64,000 nt of DNA from Pristiophorus japonicus (taxonomy: Eukaryota), in the NCBI RefSeq assembly GCF_044704955.1, contig NC_091987.1, positions 109,368,001-109,432,000 on the forward strand, written 5' to 3'. A program made the translations under genes and the position numbers. How positions within the stretch are numbered: the stretch's first letter is position 1; each line of letters starts with the position of its first letter. Positions 39,791-52,420 of this stretch are shown one piece after another. Under the pieces are notes generated by a model. That model was not told the DNA's origin. It saw only the letters and a list, made by a program, of their open reading frames with translations, and did no database searches.

Positions 39791-42700
39791 GACAATGGGC
39801 GTCAGCAGGCTATTCAATTTGGGGTAGACATCACATGCATGGCAGCTCGTGTTGTTATTTAATGCCTGCATAGGTGTTCTCCCAGCAGGAATCATTAGAT
39901 AACAATCAAGAAAGGAACTCAGCACAGACTGTGAGTGAACCATGGGATTTCCCTGGTCTGCAGAGTCTCATGATTCACTAGGTAAACTTACTGGTGTATA
40001 AATTTGTTCTGGGCAGCAGTACAAAATGGGTTATTGTGAATCAGCATCAGATTTTACACTCCAATCAATTTTTTTCCATTGAAGTCGACGAAGATTGCAA
40101 AATTAGCTGCTGATTCCCTATCACTCTGTGCAATCACCCAAGCTGAATTTATATCCCGTTAATGAACTTCGGGGAACTTTAGATTGACATAAGTACAACC
40201 TCATTACATTGGTCTGCAATTATCAGTTCAATTAATATATTTTTATAATTAACTTCTCTTGTCCATATATTTTCTATGAATAAACCAAAATATTTTTTTT
40301 TACCTTGAAATATAAAAAGTTTGGGAAAATCATGTATCCTTTGAAATTATATTATAATGGCATTTTCTTAATTTTTATAATTATGCAGTTAATCACATTA
40401 CAATTATGAATTCTAAATGATCTCTCATGTCACTACTCAGGATTAAAATGTTCAGGTTTATAAATTAATAAATTGAAACAGAAATGCCATTGTTAATTGC
40501 AATGTGGAACTCATTATTTCTAAAATACAGCTAATATAGGGACTTTTAAATGTATGAATAATTTAATTAAATAAATCAGTAACATAATGATTAAATGTAA
40601 TAAATAGCTTCATAAATAAATGTAATCACTAAATTAATTATGACATTTAATGAGTGAATAATGAGATCCGAGTTGAAATTTTGCTGTGATTCACTGTTGC
40701 AGGTTTCCCAGGACACCGATTTGAAAAAACATATTTTACAATTGGCAGCTCTTCCCTCTGGGCTTGCACTGTTTTAGGTCTCCCTTGAGTAATGTGATCC
40801 TTAAACCTTGCCAGGATCACAACTGCACTCAGTGGAGAGACGGTGTGCAGGTGTTAGGTAACGATAGCAGGGAGGTTGGCCATGAGAAGCTAAATGTTTA
40901 CAATCAGGCCAGAAAGATATGAAGAAAAACTGGCACTAACAGGTATAATGTTACATGCATAGGTATAGGCAAAATTTGCATTAAAGGACAAGGAGCTTGA
41001 CTCAGCACAGACTGGAGAATCAAACCTGGGTTATTTTATTTCTGTGTGGATCAGTACCACACCAGGCTGAGCATTTACCTACTGAGCCATCACAGGAATT
41101 CAAAACCGGAGTTAACATCAGAGGACTGGATTAAACCCAGGTTCAGAGATTACAGACCAGTGTCCGACACCGTACACCACTGATGCCTCTCTGTTGGAAC
41201 TGGACGAGAATATTAGCTGCGGTTAGATTACATTTATGAAGAATCCTTTCTTCTATGAACCACAAAATTGGCAGAGTGCTGAAGGTGGCTGGGTTTTCTG
41301 ATAAGGGTGCAGGTTAGACACAAATTATTAGAATTAAGTTTTAGACAGATTCAATTGGAAGTGTACTGTTTGCACCCAATTTTCTAAGGTGAGCTCAGAG
41401 CATAACTCCAGCTGTAGTTTTGGACAGATGTAGGGAGCACACTATTAGTTGGAGCAGAAAACTGCATCAATTAAATTTAAAGGCGATGGGATAATTTAAG
41501 GGGTGTTGGAGAATACGGTGACAAAAATTGGAAAAATTTAAAGGAACCTGAGCCCATCAGCAGCCTTTAGCAAGACTGAAGAAGTGAAGGTCTAAGAATT
41601 AACAGCCAAAATGAAGGGAAAAAATGTGAAGTGCAGGAATGAGTCTGCAGCCAAAAGATGGAGCAGCCCAGTCCTCAGCCCCTTGTTTGAGGACTGTTGC
41701 AGTGTGGAGGATGCTGCATGAGATGGTTGTTAGGAAGATGGTCCTCAATGCCACTCCATTGCATCACCGCATAAAAGGAGGTGGAAGCAAGCTGGAGGTC
41801 ATAACTGACTGGTACTGTGACTGGCTGTGCCAGAAATATGCTGGATGATAGCTGCAGGTGTCTGAGCATTAAACACAGATCTGCTGAGCTGGACATTTCA
41901 CCATGGCCGTCTCCAGATAGATGCAACATGATAAGGTTGATGGCATCTTGGTGGTTGTCACCAATCAGGCTATGTTGATTGCTGATCACCCTGGCATGCC
42001 TTTTTCCATGCAGTACCACTGAAACCATGACATCATGTGATCGAGGTGCTCCCAGGGAAGTAGTACAGTGATTTTGACATTTGCCTATCTTAGTGGTGCC
42101 ATCAGATCTGCTGGTCCAGTTTTTTGGGGGAATAGAAGTCTTTGCCTACATTAATCACTTTCCAAAGTGACATGTATTCACCTCTCTGCACACAGAGCAC
42201 CTCTTATATATTCTGACCTGTCTGGCATTCCTCTATTGGTTCTCCTCTTCTTCTTCTGAACACATTAGATACAAGGATTCCCAATGGGAAAGTCATTGGT
42301 CATAATGCTGGGGACAAAAAAAATCAGAACAATTGACACAAGGGAGAACCTAAATTCTAGCAAAAAAGGAAGAACATAATCAAGAAATTACTAATGGAAA
42401 TTTACTTTAACATTAATGTGTCCTTTAAATGACTTTCTGTATATAGCCACTGTGAAGTAACCCTGGCTCAGCTCACATGGGCATAATTAAGAGCTGATGC
42501 ACTGCATCACGTGCAGCCTCCTCAAATTAAACTATGACTAGTGTCACTCCAACAGTCACTTAAACTAATGATATTCCTGTTTAGAACCTGTTCAAGATAT
42601 CTCTCAGTACCAGGGTTGGGTTGGTTTGTCTGGCAAAAGTGAAGCAGGAGGTGATTCTGCTACTACAGGCATTCACATTTATTTATTTCATGATCCTCAA

Positions 42701-42834
42701 AATTCCCTTTCTTACACAGCAGTTCAAAACATTGCATTAAATAATCATAAAAGAATGGAATCTACGGTTGTTCACTTGCTCATTTTTTATTACAAATTAA
42801 TTTCTTGAACTCATGATGAATTTACTGTTAAGAA

Positions 42835-43260
42835 CTTGTATTTACATAGCACCTTATTATGTCCTCAAGGTAACTAATCTACTTCACATCCAATTAATTA
42901 GTTTTGAAGTGTCATCACTATTATGCAGGCAACACAACAGCAAATATGTGCACAGCAAGATCCCACAAACAGCAAATTAGATGAATGACCAGTTAATCTG
43001 TCTATGGCTTTGTTGATTGAGGGAGAAGTACTCGCCAAACTATCCGTTCGTCTTTGAATAGTGCAATGGGATCTTTAATGCCCAACTTGCACAGGCAGAC
43101 AGGGTTCACTGCTTAACATCTCACTTCAAAGCTTTAATCTCTGACTACACAGGAGCTCACTGAAGTACCAGCTGACATTATGTGCTCAAGTCCTAGAGTG
43201 GGGCTTGAATCCACAATCTTCTGGCTCAGAGGCTAGAATGTTGCAAACTGGGCCAAGCTC
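42835..43260 (-). mobile_element. Old DeuSINE-like SINE
   Basis: Diverged reverse-complement similarity to 6263-6720. Confidence 0.65.
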
Positions 43261-43649
43261 ACAATTAGTTACATTAAAATTGGAGTTACAAACCTTTGAA
43301 TAATATTTTAGGCTTCAATATTCAATTTGGCATTATAAGACCACTCCACTGAACTTTTTTCTCCTGTTGCGCAATCTTGCGGTGAAGTGGGGGTACAGAC
43401 AGTGGAATTCTACTTCTGGGAAGCTGAGAGCAGGCCCCTCGTGTCACTTAGAGGTATCTGGATTACACATGTACAAAGGCCCAAAGATACTGGTACCCAG
43501 CTAAAGAATCCAAGCTCTGGGAATTGAGCAGGAGGCAATCCCGAGACTCATCTGAAAGAAAGTTGTTGGAGGAGTTTGAAGATTTGATGCGTATGTTTCT
43601 AGGTATGCTTTGTGCTTTGGTCACAGTTGTTGAATATTGTATGGGGAAT

Positions 43650-44840
43650 AATGGGGGAAAAATTTCGATTGGAAGCTTCCATCGCACGAATGCATCCTAC
43701 CCGAAAAAAATCTATGAAACTACCTGGAGAAATGTAGGATTTTGGTCTGAGGCCTTCATTCGTTGTGCAGCGTTAGGGGATCTGTCTTTCAGGTACGGAC
43801 GTCTATGTCAGGTACGGACGTCCATGTGGGCTTGGACCACCAATCACTGTGTAGTATTCTCATTGATAATAATGGGAACTCCGTTTGTACGAGTTCCCAT
43901 TACTATCAATGAGAATAACCCCCTAAAACACCAAACCACAGCACAATAAATAAAAAAAACCTCACATATTTAAAATTAATTGAAATTAAATATAATTAAA
44001 TGTTTTAGAAAAAAAAAATATTTTTTGGAATTTTTTTAATGTGTTTTAATAGGGTTAAAAATCATCATCATCATCATAGGCAGTCCCTCGAAATCGCGGA
44101 AGACTTGCTTTCATTTCAAAAGTGAGTTTCTCAGGTGACTGAACAGTGCAATACGGGAATTACAGTCTCTGTCGCAGGTGGCACAGTTAGTTGTTGGAGG
44201 AAAGGGTGGGTGGGGAGTCTGGTTTGTCGCACACTCATTCTGCTGCAAGTGCGTGTTTTCTGCATGCTCTCGGTGACGAGACTTGAGGTGCTCAGTGCCC
44301 TCCAGATGCTCTTCCTCTACTTAGGGTAGTCTTTGACCAGGGACTTCCAGGTGTCGGTGGGGATGTTGCACTTTATCAACGAGGCTTTGAGGGGTCCTTG
44401 AAACGTTTCCTCTGCCCACCTGGGGCTCGCTTGCCGTGTAGGACTTCTGAGTAGAGCACTTGCTTTGGGAGTCTTGTGTATGGCATGCAGACAATGTGGC
44501 CCGCCCAACGGAGCTGGTCGAGTGTGGTCAGTACCTCGATATAGTTACACTCACCTTAATGGACAGGGTTTTTAAACATAAAAATGAATGATTAAATTAA
44601 AATTTTCTATGTTTTAAAAGTGTTACACAGGTAAAAGTAAGCTACGCACCTGCTTTCACCAGATGTAAAAGTTTGAAGGACATTTGCTGGGCATGAGTTG
44701 GGCAAATAGCCCAATCTCTCCCGCACTTTTGTCCTTCTCCTGGGGATGCGTTTGACCTGAAGAAATTTTGATAGATCGACAAAAGTTTTTGGCACATTCA
44801 CCTCATGCCCCGAGAACTGGCTTTTGCGAGGCCTTCCCGG
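43650..44840. mobile_element. MITE-like element (inverted relative of 20-780) containing an RTE insertion (~44061-44540)
   Basis: Shared blocks (tttgcccaact..tgcccagcaaat; ctggt.aaagcaggt); hairpin at 43856-43916. Confidence 0.6.
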
Positions 44841-45461
44841 GTTCGTGTGCTTGTTTTCTGCATGCTATCGGCGACGAGACTCGAGGTGCTCAGTGCCCTC
44901 CTGGATGCTCTTCCTCCACTTAGGGTGGTCTTTTGCCAGGGACACCCAGGTGTCAGTATGGATGTTGCACTTTATCAAGGAGGCTTTGAGGGTGTCCTTG
45001 AAACGTTTCCTCTTCCCACCTGGGGTTCGCTTGCCGTTTAGGAGTTCCGAGTAGAACACTTGCTTTGGGAGTTTTGGCGAGGCTGCAATTTTCGGTACTA
45101 TGTTTTTCGTTTTATTTTCGAGGTATGTAGTGTGGACTTGTCAAGATCACTCAGATGACTGTTACATTTTTTGTTGAAGGATTTGATTGGTTACTTTTTA
45201 GTGAATGGGATTTCATTTTACAGTTAGCAAAAGACAATGCTTAAATTAGCTTAAATTTTCCATTCATTAAAAATTAACTCAGCAACATGCTTCATGACCT
45301 ATAGGCACTAGAGGCACTTTCCTCCGGCTTAGTAGCAAGTTGGTAGCCCCAGACATATTAGCTTTAATTAAATAGATTGCATAGTTTAGCATGCAATTTT
45401 CTACAAGATTTCAACAAAACTCAGATTTGCGATCGTTTGCACCTTTAATTCTATTATAAAA

Positions 45462-46088
45462 TGCACTCCCCTGCCCTTTCCCCATAGCCCTGCAATGTTT
45501 TTCCTCCAGGTAACTTATCCAATTCCCTTTTGAAAGCTATGATTGAATCTGCCTCCACCACTCTTTCAGGCAGTGCATTCCAGATCATAACCACTTGCTG
45601 CGTAAAAGGTTTTTCCTCACGTCGCATGTAGTTCTGTCAATCACCTTAAATCTGTGTCCTCTGGTTCTCGACGCTCCCGCCAATAGGAACAGTTTCTATT
45701 TTCTCTGTCTAGACCTATGATTTTCAATACCACTATCAATTACCTCTCAAATTTCTCTGCTCTAAGAACAACCCCAGCTTCTCCAGTCTATCCACATAAC
45801 TGAAGTCCCTCATCCCTGGAATGATTCTTGTAAATCTTTTCTGCACCTGCAGGGTGTTTGTTTTTCACTCTGATTCTTAGACCTCGGAACTTATAGTGGG
45901 AAAGGACAACACGTGGCACAAAATTTAGGCTTAATCCAGTGTCAGTTTTATTATGCAAAAAATGACTAAAACTACAGGACTAAACTTCTGAGAGGAATCA
46001 ACTGAAAACATACAATCACCCTTGCTGGCTGTAGCTATTGTAGGTTTGTGGTCATTGGTTCCTTGACCGGTTAGTTCTTCTTCTAGCC
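45462..46088 (-). repeat. Left arm of ~627-bp inverted duplication (partner 48688-49313)
   Basis: Near-identical reverse complement, including the same LTR/CR1 junction. Confidence 0.9.
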
Positions 46089-46104
46089 TGTGGCTAGTTC
46101 TGGA

Positions 46105-48245
46105 ATTGGCTAGAATAGACTGGCAAAGGATACTTAAAGGGTTGACACTGGATAAGCAATGGCAAACATTTAAAGATCACATGGATGAACTTCAGCAATT
46201 GTACATCCCTGTCTGGAGTAAAAATAAAACGGGGAAGGTGGCTCAACCATGGCTAACAAGGGAAATTAAGGATCGTGTTAAAGCCAAGGGAGAGGCTTAT
46301 AAATTAGCTAGAAAAAGCAACAAACCTGAGGACTGGGAGAAATTTAGAATTCAACAGAGGAGGACTAAGGGTTTAATTAAGAGGGGGAAAATAGAGTACG
46401 CGAGGAAGCTTGCAGGGAACATAAAAACTAACTGCAAAAGCTTCTATAAATATATGAAGAAAAAAAGATTAGTGAAGAGAAACGTAGGTCCCTTGCAGTC
46501 GGATTCAGGTGAATTTATAATGGGGAACAAAGAAATGGCAGACCAATTGAACAAATACTTTGGTTCTGTCTTCACAAAGGAAGACACAAATAACCTTCTG
46601 AATGTACTAGGGGACAGTGGGTCAATTGAGAAGAAGGAACTGAAGGATATCCTTGTTAGGCGGGAAATTGATGGGATTGAAGGCTGATAAATCCCCAGGG
46701 CCTGATCGTCTGCATCCCAGAGTCCTTAAGGAAGTGGCCCTAGAAATAGTGGATGCATTGGTGATCATTTTCCAATAGTCTATCGACTCTGGATCAGTTC
46801 CTATGGACTGGAGGGTAGCTAATGTAACACTACTTTTTAAAAAAGGAGGCAGAGAGAAAATGGGGAATTATAGACCGGTTAGCCTGACATCAGTAGTGGG
46901 GAAAATGTTGGAATCAATCATTAAGGATGAAATAGCAGCGCATTTGGAAAGCAGTGACAGGATAGGACCAAGTCAGCATGGATTTATGAAAGGGAAATCA
47001 TGCTTGATGAATCTTCTGGAATTTTTTGAGGATGTAACTAGCAGAGTGGACAAGGGAGAACCAGTGGATGTGGTGTATTTGGACTTTCAAAAGGCTTTTG
47101 ACAAGGTCCAGCACAAGAGATTGGTGTGCAAAATCAAAGCGCATGGTATTGGGGGTAATGTACTGACGTGGTTAGAGAACTGGTTGGCAGACAGGAAGCA
47201 GAGAGTCGGGATAAACAGGTCCTTTTCAGAATGGCAGGCAGTGATGAGTGGAGTGCCGCAGGGCTCAGTGCCGGGACCCCAGCTCTTTACAATATACATT
47301 AACGATTTAGATGAAGGAATTGAGTGTAATATCTCCAAACTGGGTGGTGGTGTGAGCTGTGAGGAGGATGCCAATAGGCTGCCGGGTGACTTGGACAGGT
47401 TAGATGAATGGACAAATGCATGGCAGAAGCAGTATAATGTGGATAAATGTGAGGTTTGCATTTTGGGGGCAAAAACATGAAGGCAGAATATTATTTGAAT
47501 GGCGGCAGATTAGGAAAAGGGGAGGTGCAACGTGACCTGGGTGTCATGGTTCATCGGTCACTTAAAGTGGGCATGCAGATACAGCAGGCAGTGAAGAAGG
47601 CAAATGGTATGTTGGCTTTCATAGCTAGGGGATTTGAGTATAGGAGCAGGGAGGTCTGACTGCAGTTGTACAGGTCCTTAGTGAGGCCTCACCTGGAATA
47701 TTGTGTTCAGTTTTGGTCTCCTAATCTGAGGAAGGACGTTCTTGCTATTGAGGGAGTGCAGCGAAGGTTCACCAGACTGATTCCAGGGATGGCTGGACTG
47801 TCATGAGGAGAGACTGGATCAACTGGACCTTTATTCATTGGAGTTTAGAAGGATGAGAGGGGATCTCATAGAAACGTATAAGATTCTGACAGGACTGGAC
47901 AGGTTAGATGCGGGAAGAATGCTCCTGATGTTGGGGAAGTTCAGAACCAGGGGACATAGTCTTAGGATAAGGGGTAGACCATTTAGGACTGAGATGAGGA
48001 GAGACTTCTTCACTCAGAGAGTTGTTAACCTATGGAATTCCCTGCCGCAGAGTTGTTGATGCCAGTTCATTTGATATATTCAAGAGGGCGATAGGTACGG
48101 CCCTTACGGCTAAGGGGATCAAGAGGTATGGAGAGAAAGCAGGAAAGGGGTATTGAGTGGAATGATCAGCCATGATCTTATTGAATGGCGGTGCAGGCTC
48201 GAAGGGCCGAATGGCCTACTCCTGCACCTATTTTCTATTTTTCAT
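46105..48245 (+). mobile_element. 5'-truncated CR1 LINE (2.1 kb)
   Basis: ORFs 46106-46687 and 46803-47480; CR1 tail. Confidence 0.95.
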
Positions 48246-48259
48246 AACATCAATGGAGT

Positions 48260-48928
48260 TGTTACGTGAGGCCCTGAACTTAATTGACTAGAGTGGGGAA
48301 AAACAAACCCACTGGAGACACCAAGTCTGTAAAAAGACTGGACAACAAAGGAACCACACCAGGTGCACATTTTTTGGGAATGAAGTGTTAAGATGGGAAA
48401 TCAACTTGAGCATTGGAGATTCAGTGTGCAAATGGGAAAACAGACGGGTCCATTATTGCAGTCAATCAACCAAGGGGACCACAAAACAATGTATCGATGC
48501 AAACACTTTATCAGAAACTGCAGTGGCGGGAGATCAGTCAAAACCTGGATATAAATATGCGAGCTAGAAGCAGCTTAGCAGAAGTAGGATGTGTACAGAT
48601 GGACACAGGTCAAAAGAACGAACAGACGATCGGACGGAAGGACATGTAGTATGGAACGTACACGAAAGGAACAGCACTGCAGAGAATGGCTAGAAGAAGA
48701 ACTAACCGGTCACGGAACCAATGGCCATGAACCTACAATAGCTACAGCCAGCAAGGGTGATTGTATGTTTTCAGTTGATTCCTCTCAGAAGTTTAGTCCT
48801 GTAGTTTTAGTCGTTTTTTGCACAATAAAACTGACACTAGGTTAAGCCTAAATTTTGTGCCACGTGTTGTCCTTTCCCACTATAAGTTCCGAGGTCTAAG
48901 AATCAGAGTGAAAAACAAACACCCTGCA
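48260..48928 (+). mobile_element. Solo-LTR-like element
   Basis: TGTTAC...CTGCA termini; TATAAATA at ~48549; AATAAA at ~48824; partial relatives at 45850-46088, 50362-50645 and 50867-51030. Confidence 0.6.
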
Positions 48929-49313
48929 GGTGCAGAAAAGATTTACAAGAATCATTCCAAGGATGAGGGATATCAGTTATGTGGATAGACTGGAGAAGCT
49001 GGGGTTGGTCTTAGAGCAGAGAAGTTTGAGAGATAATTGATAGTGGTATTGAAAATCATAGGTTTAGACAGAGAAAATAGAAACTGTTCCCATTGGCGGG
49101 AGCGTCGAGAACCAGAGGACACAGATTTAAGGTGATTGACAGAACTACATGCAACGTGAGGAAAAACCTTTTATGCAGCAAGTGGTTATGATCTGGAATG
49201 CACTGCCTGAAAGAGTGGTGGAGGCAGATTCAATCATAGCTTTCAAAAGGGAATTGGATAAGTACCTGGAGGAAAAACATTGCAAGGCTATGGGGAAAGG
49301 GCAGGGGAGTGCA

Positions 49314-50020
49314 CTTAATGACAAAAAGTATGATAGAACAAAGCAAATGGAGATGGTAATGGAACAAGTAAAGAAACAAAGGATGAGTCTAGAAGAGGTG
49401 TAAATGGGAATGGAAGATGCCATCATCAGAACAGATGTGACGGAGAAACTGGGAGAATGGAATGGATTCCTTACAGGAAGTGAGATGGGAGGAAGTGTAG
49501 TCCAGGTAGCTGTGAGAGTCAGTGGGCTTATAGTGGATGTGGATGAAGGGTGGAAATTGGAAACAAAATGAATGAAATTTTCTAGTTCAGGTGAAGAGCA
49601 GCAAACGGCATCGATACAGTCATCAACACACCGGAGAAAGAGATGAGGGAAGGGACCAGAGTAGGAGTGGAACAAATAATGTTTTGCATATCCCACAAAA
49701 AGGCAGGCATAGCTAAGACCCATGCGGGTTCCCGTAGCAGCACCTTTAATTTGGAGGAAGAGAATGGAGTCAAAAGATAAGTTGTTCAATGTGAGAACAC
49801 GTTCAGCCAGGCAGAGGAGGGTGGTGGTGGATGGGGACTGGTTGAGTCTCTGTTCAAGGAAGAAGCGGAGCACCCTCAGGCCATCCTAGTGTGGGATGGA
49901 GGTGTAGAGGGATTGGACATCCATCGAGATAAGGAGACGGTTGGGGCCAGGAAACTGGAAACTTAAAGTGGCAGAGGGCGTTGGAAGAATCGCAGATGTA
50001 GGTGGGAAGAGACAGCGCAA
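49314..50020 (-). mobile_element. Penelope-like element RT remnant
   Basis: ORF 49145-49873 LTLNNLSFD..FLQIKGAATGTRMGLSYACLFVG...RCVDD resembles Penelope RT; related terminal sequence at 51023-51310. Confidence 0.75.
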
Positions 50021-50059
50021 GGGACTTTACAAAATAGAGGCATAAAATACAAGTATACT

Positions 50060-50866
50060 ACAGTGGTGTTCCCCAGGGGTCAGTACAAGGACCACTGCTT
50101 TTCTTAACATATATTAATGACTTGGACTTGGGTGTACAGGGCACAATTTCAAAATTTGCAGATGAGACAAAACTTGGAAGTATAGTGAACAGTGAGGATA
50201 GTGATAGACTTCAAGAGGACTTAGACAGGCTGGTGGAATGGGCAGACAAGTAGCAGATGAAATTTAACACAGATAAGTGCAAAGTGATATATTTTGGTAG
50301 GAAGAATGAGGGGAGGCAATATAAATTAAAGGGTACAATTCGAATGGGGGCAGGGACAGAGCAAAACCGCAAAAAACGACTAAAACTACAGGACTAGACT
50401 TCTGAGAGAAATCAACTGAAAACATACAATCACCCTTCCTGGCTGTAGCTATTGTTCGTGGTCATTGGTTCCATGACTGGTTGGTTCTTCTTCTGGCCAT
50501 CCTCTGCAGTGCTGTTCCTTTCGTGTACGTTCAGTACTACATGTCCTTCCGTCTGTTCGTTCTTTCGACCTGTGTCCATCTGTACACGTGTCCTTCTACT
50601 TCTTCTGTGTGCTTCTTCTTCCATCTGTTCCTGTCCTCCTTCTGTCTGGGGGTATATGTGCACAAATCATTGAAGGTAGCAGGGCAGGTTGAGAAAGCAA
50701 TTTAAAAAGGCACACTGGAACCTGGGTTTTATAAATAGAGGTGTAGAGTGCAAAAGCAAGGAAGTGATGATGAAACTTTATAAAACATTGATTTTGGCAT
50801 CAGCTGGAGAATTGTGTCCATTTCTGAGCACCGCATTTTAGAAAGGATGTAAAACCAGAGAGGGTG
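50060..50866 (+). mobile_element. CR1 fragment whose continuation lies upstream at 48929-49313
   Basis: GVPQGS / KFADETK motifs; ends gagagGGTG; the 48929 piece begins GGTGcagaaaagatttac. Confidence 0.8.
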
Positions 50867-51382
50867 TGTAACGTTACTAATCTTCAGAAAAGCAGAGAAG
50901 GAGACCATGACCTATAAATACAAGCTTTTGGAATTAAGCTGGACAATTAAGGTCATTCTGTGGTCAGGAATCAAAACTGACTTCATGCCATAATAAAACT
51001 GACACTGGGTTAAGCCTAAATTTTGTTCCATTACCATCTCCTTTTGCTTTGTATTGTCATACTTTTTGTCATTTAATCACTCCTGCCTTCCACCCTATCA
51101 CAGACCTTCCCTTTTGTTCTTCCCTCCCTTCGGCCCTTTCCATGCCTCTATACTTGTTTAAAATCTGTTACATCTCTAACTTTTTCCAGTTCGGACGAAA
51201 GGGCGTCCACTTGAAACATTAACTCCGTTTCTCTGTCCACAGATGCTGCCTGACTTGCTGAGTAGGTCCAGCATTTTCATTTTTATTTCAGATTTCCAGC
51301 AAGCACAGTATTTTGTTTTTGTACCACTGTATACCTTCTTCCTGTCAGGCAGGATTTCCAATCTGGCACAGCTCCAAAAGTT

Positions 51383-52420
51383 TACATAAGAAATAGGAGC
51401 AGGAGTAGGCCATTTGGCCCCTTGAGCCTGCTCCGAAATTTAATATCATAGCTGATCTGATCATGGACTCAGCTCCACTTACCTGCCTGCTCACCATAAC
51501 CTTTATTCCCTTATCGCTCAAATATCTGTCTATCTCTGCCTTAAATATATTCAATGACCCAGCCTCCACAGCTCTCTAGGGCAGAGAATTCCACAGATTT
51601 ACAACCCCGAGAGAAATTCTTCATCTCAGTTTTAAATGGACGGCCCCTTATTCTGAGACTCTGCCCCCTAGTGATAATATCACCCATGAGTGGAAATATC
51701 TTCTCTGCATCCACCCTGTCGAGACCCTTCATCTTATATGTTTCGATAGGGCCACCTCTCATTCTTCTGAATTCCAATGAATATAGACCCAACCTACTCA
51801 ACGTACCTTCATAAGTCAATCCCCTCATCTCCAGAATCAATCTAGTGAACCTTCTCTGAACTGTCTCCAATGCAAGTATATCCTTCCTTAAATATGGAGA
51901 CCAAAACTTTACAGTACTCTAGGTGTGGCCTCACCAATACTCTGCACAGTTGTAGCAGGACTTCTCTGCTTTTATACTATCTCCCCCTTGCAATAAAGGC
52001 CAACATTCCATTTGCCTTCCTGATTACTTGCTGTACCTGCATTCTAACTTTTTGTGTTTCATGCACAAGGACCCCCAGGTCCCTCTGTAGTGCAGCACTT
52101 TGCAATTTTTCACCATTTAAATTATATTTTCTATTTTTTCTGCCAAAGTGGATAACTTCACACTTTCCCACATTTTACTCCATCTGCCAAATTTTTGCCC
52201 ACTCACTTAGCCTGTTTATACTCTTTGCAGATTTGTGTCCTCACAATTTGCTCTCCCTTTGTATCTTTGTACCATCAGCAAACTTAGCTACATTACACTC
52301 AGTCCCTTCATCCAGGTCATTAATATAGATTATAAATAGTTGAGGCCCCAGCACCTATCCCTGCGGCACCCCACTAGTTACTGTTCGCCAACCGGAAAAT
52401 GACCCATTTATCCCTGCTCT
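51383..52420 (-). mobile_element. CR1 3' fragment
   Basis: ORFs 51541-51870 and 51977-52171. Confidence 0.9.

Noticed and set aside
41640-42260. Possible second Harbinger transposase remnant on minus
   Set aside because: Only faint motifs (FPGST, CSILH); too degenerate to support
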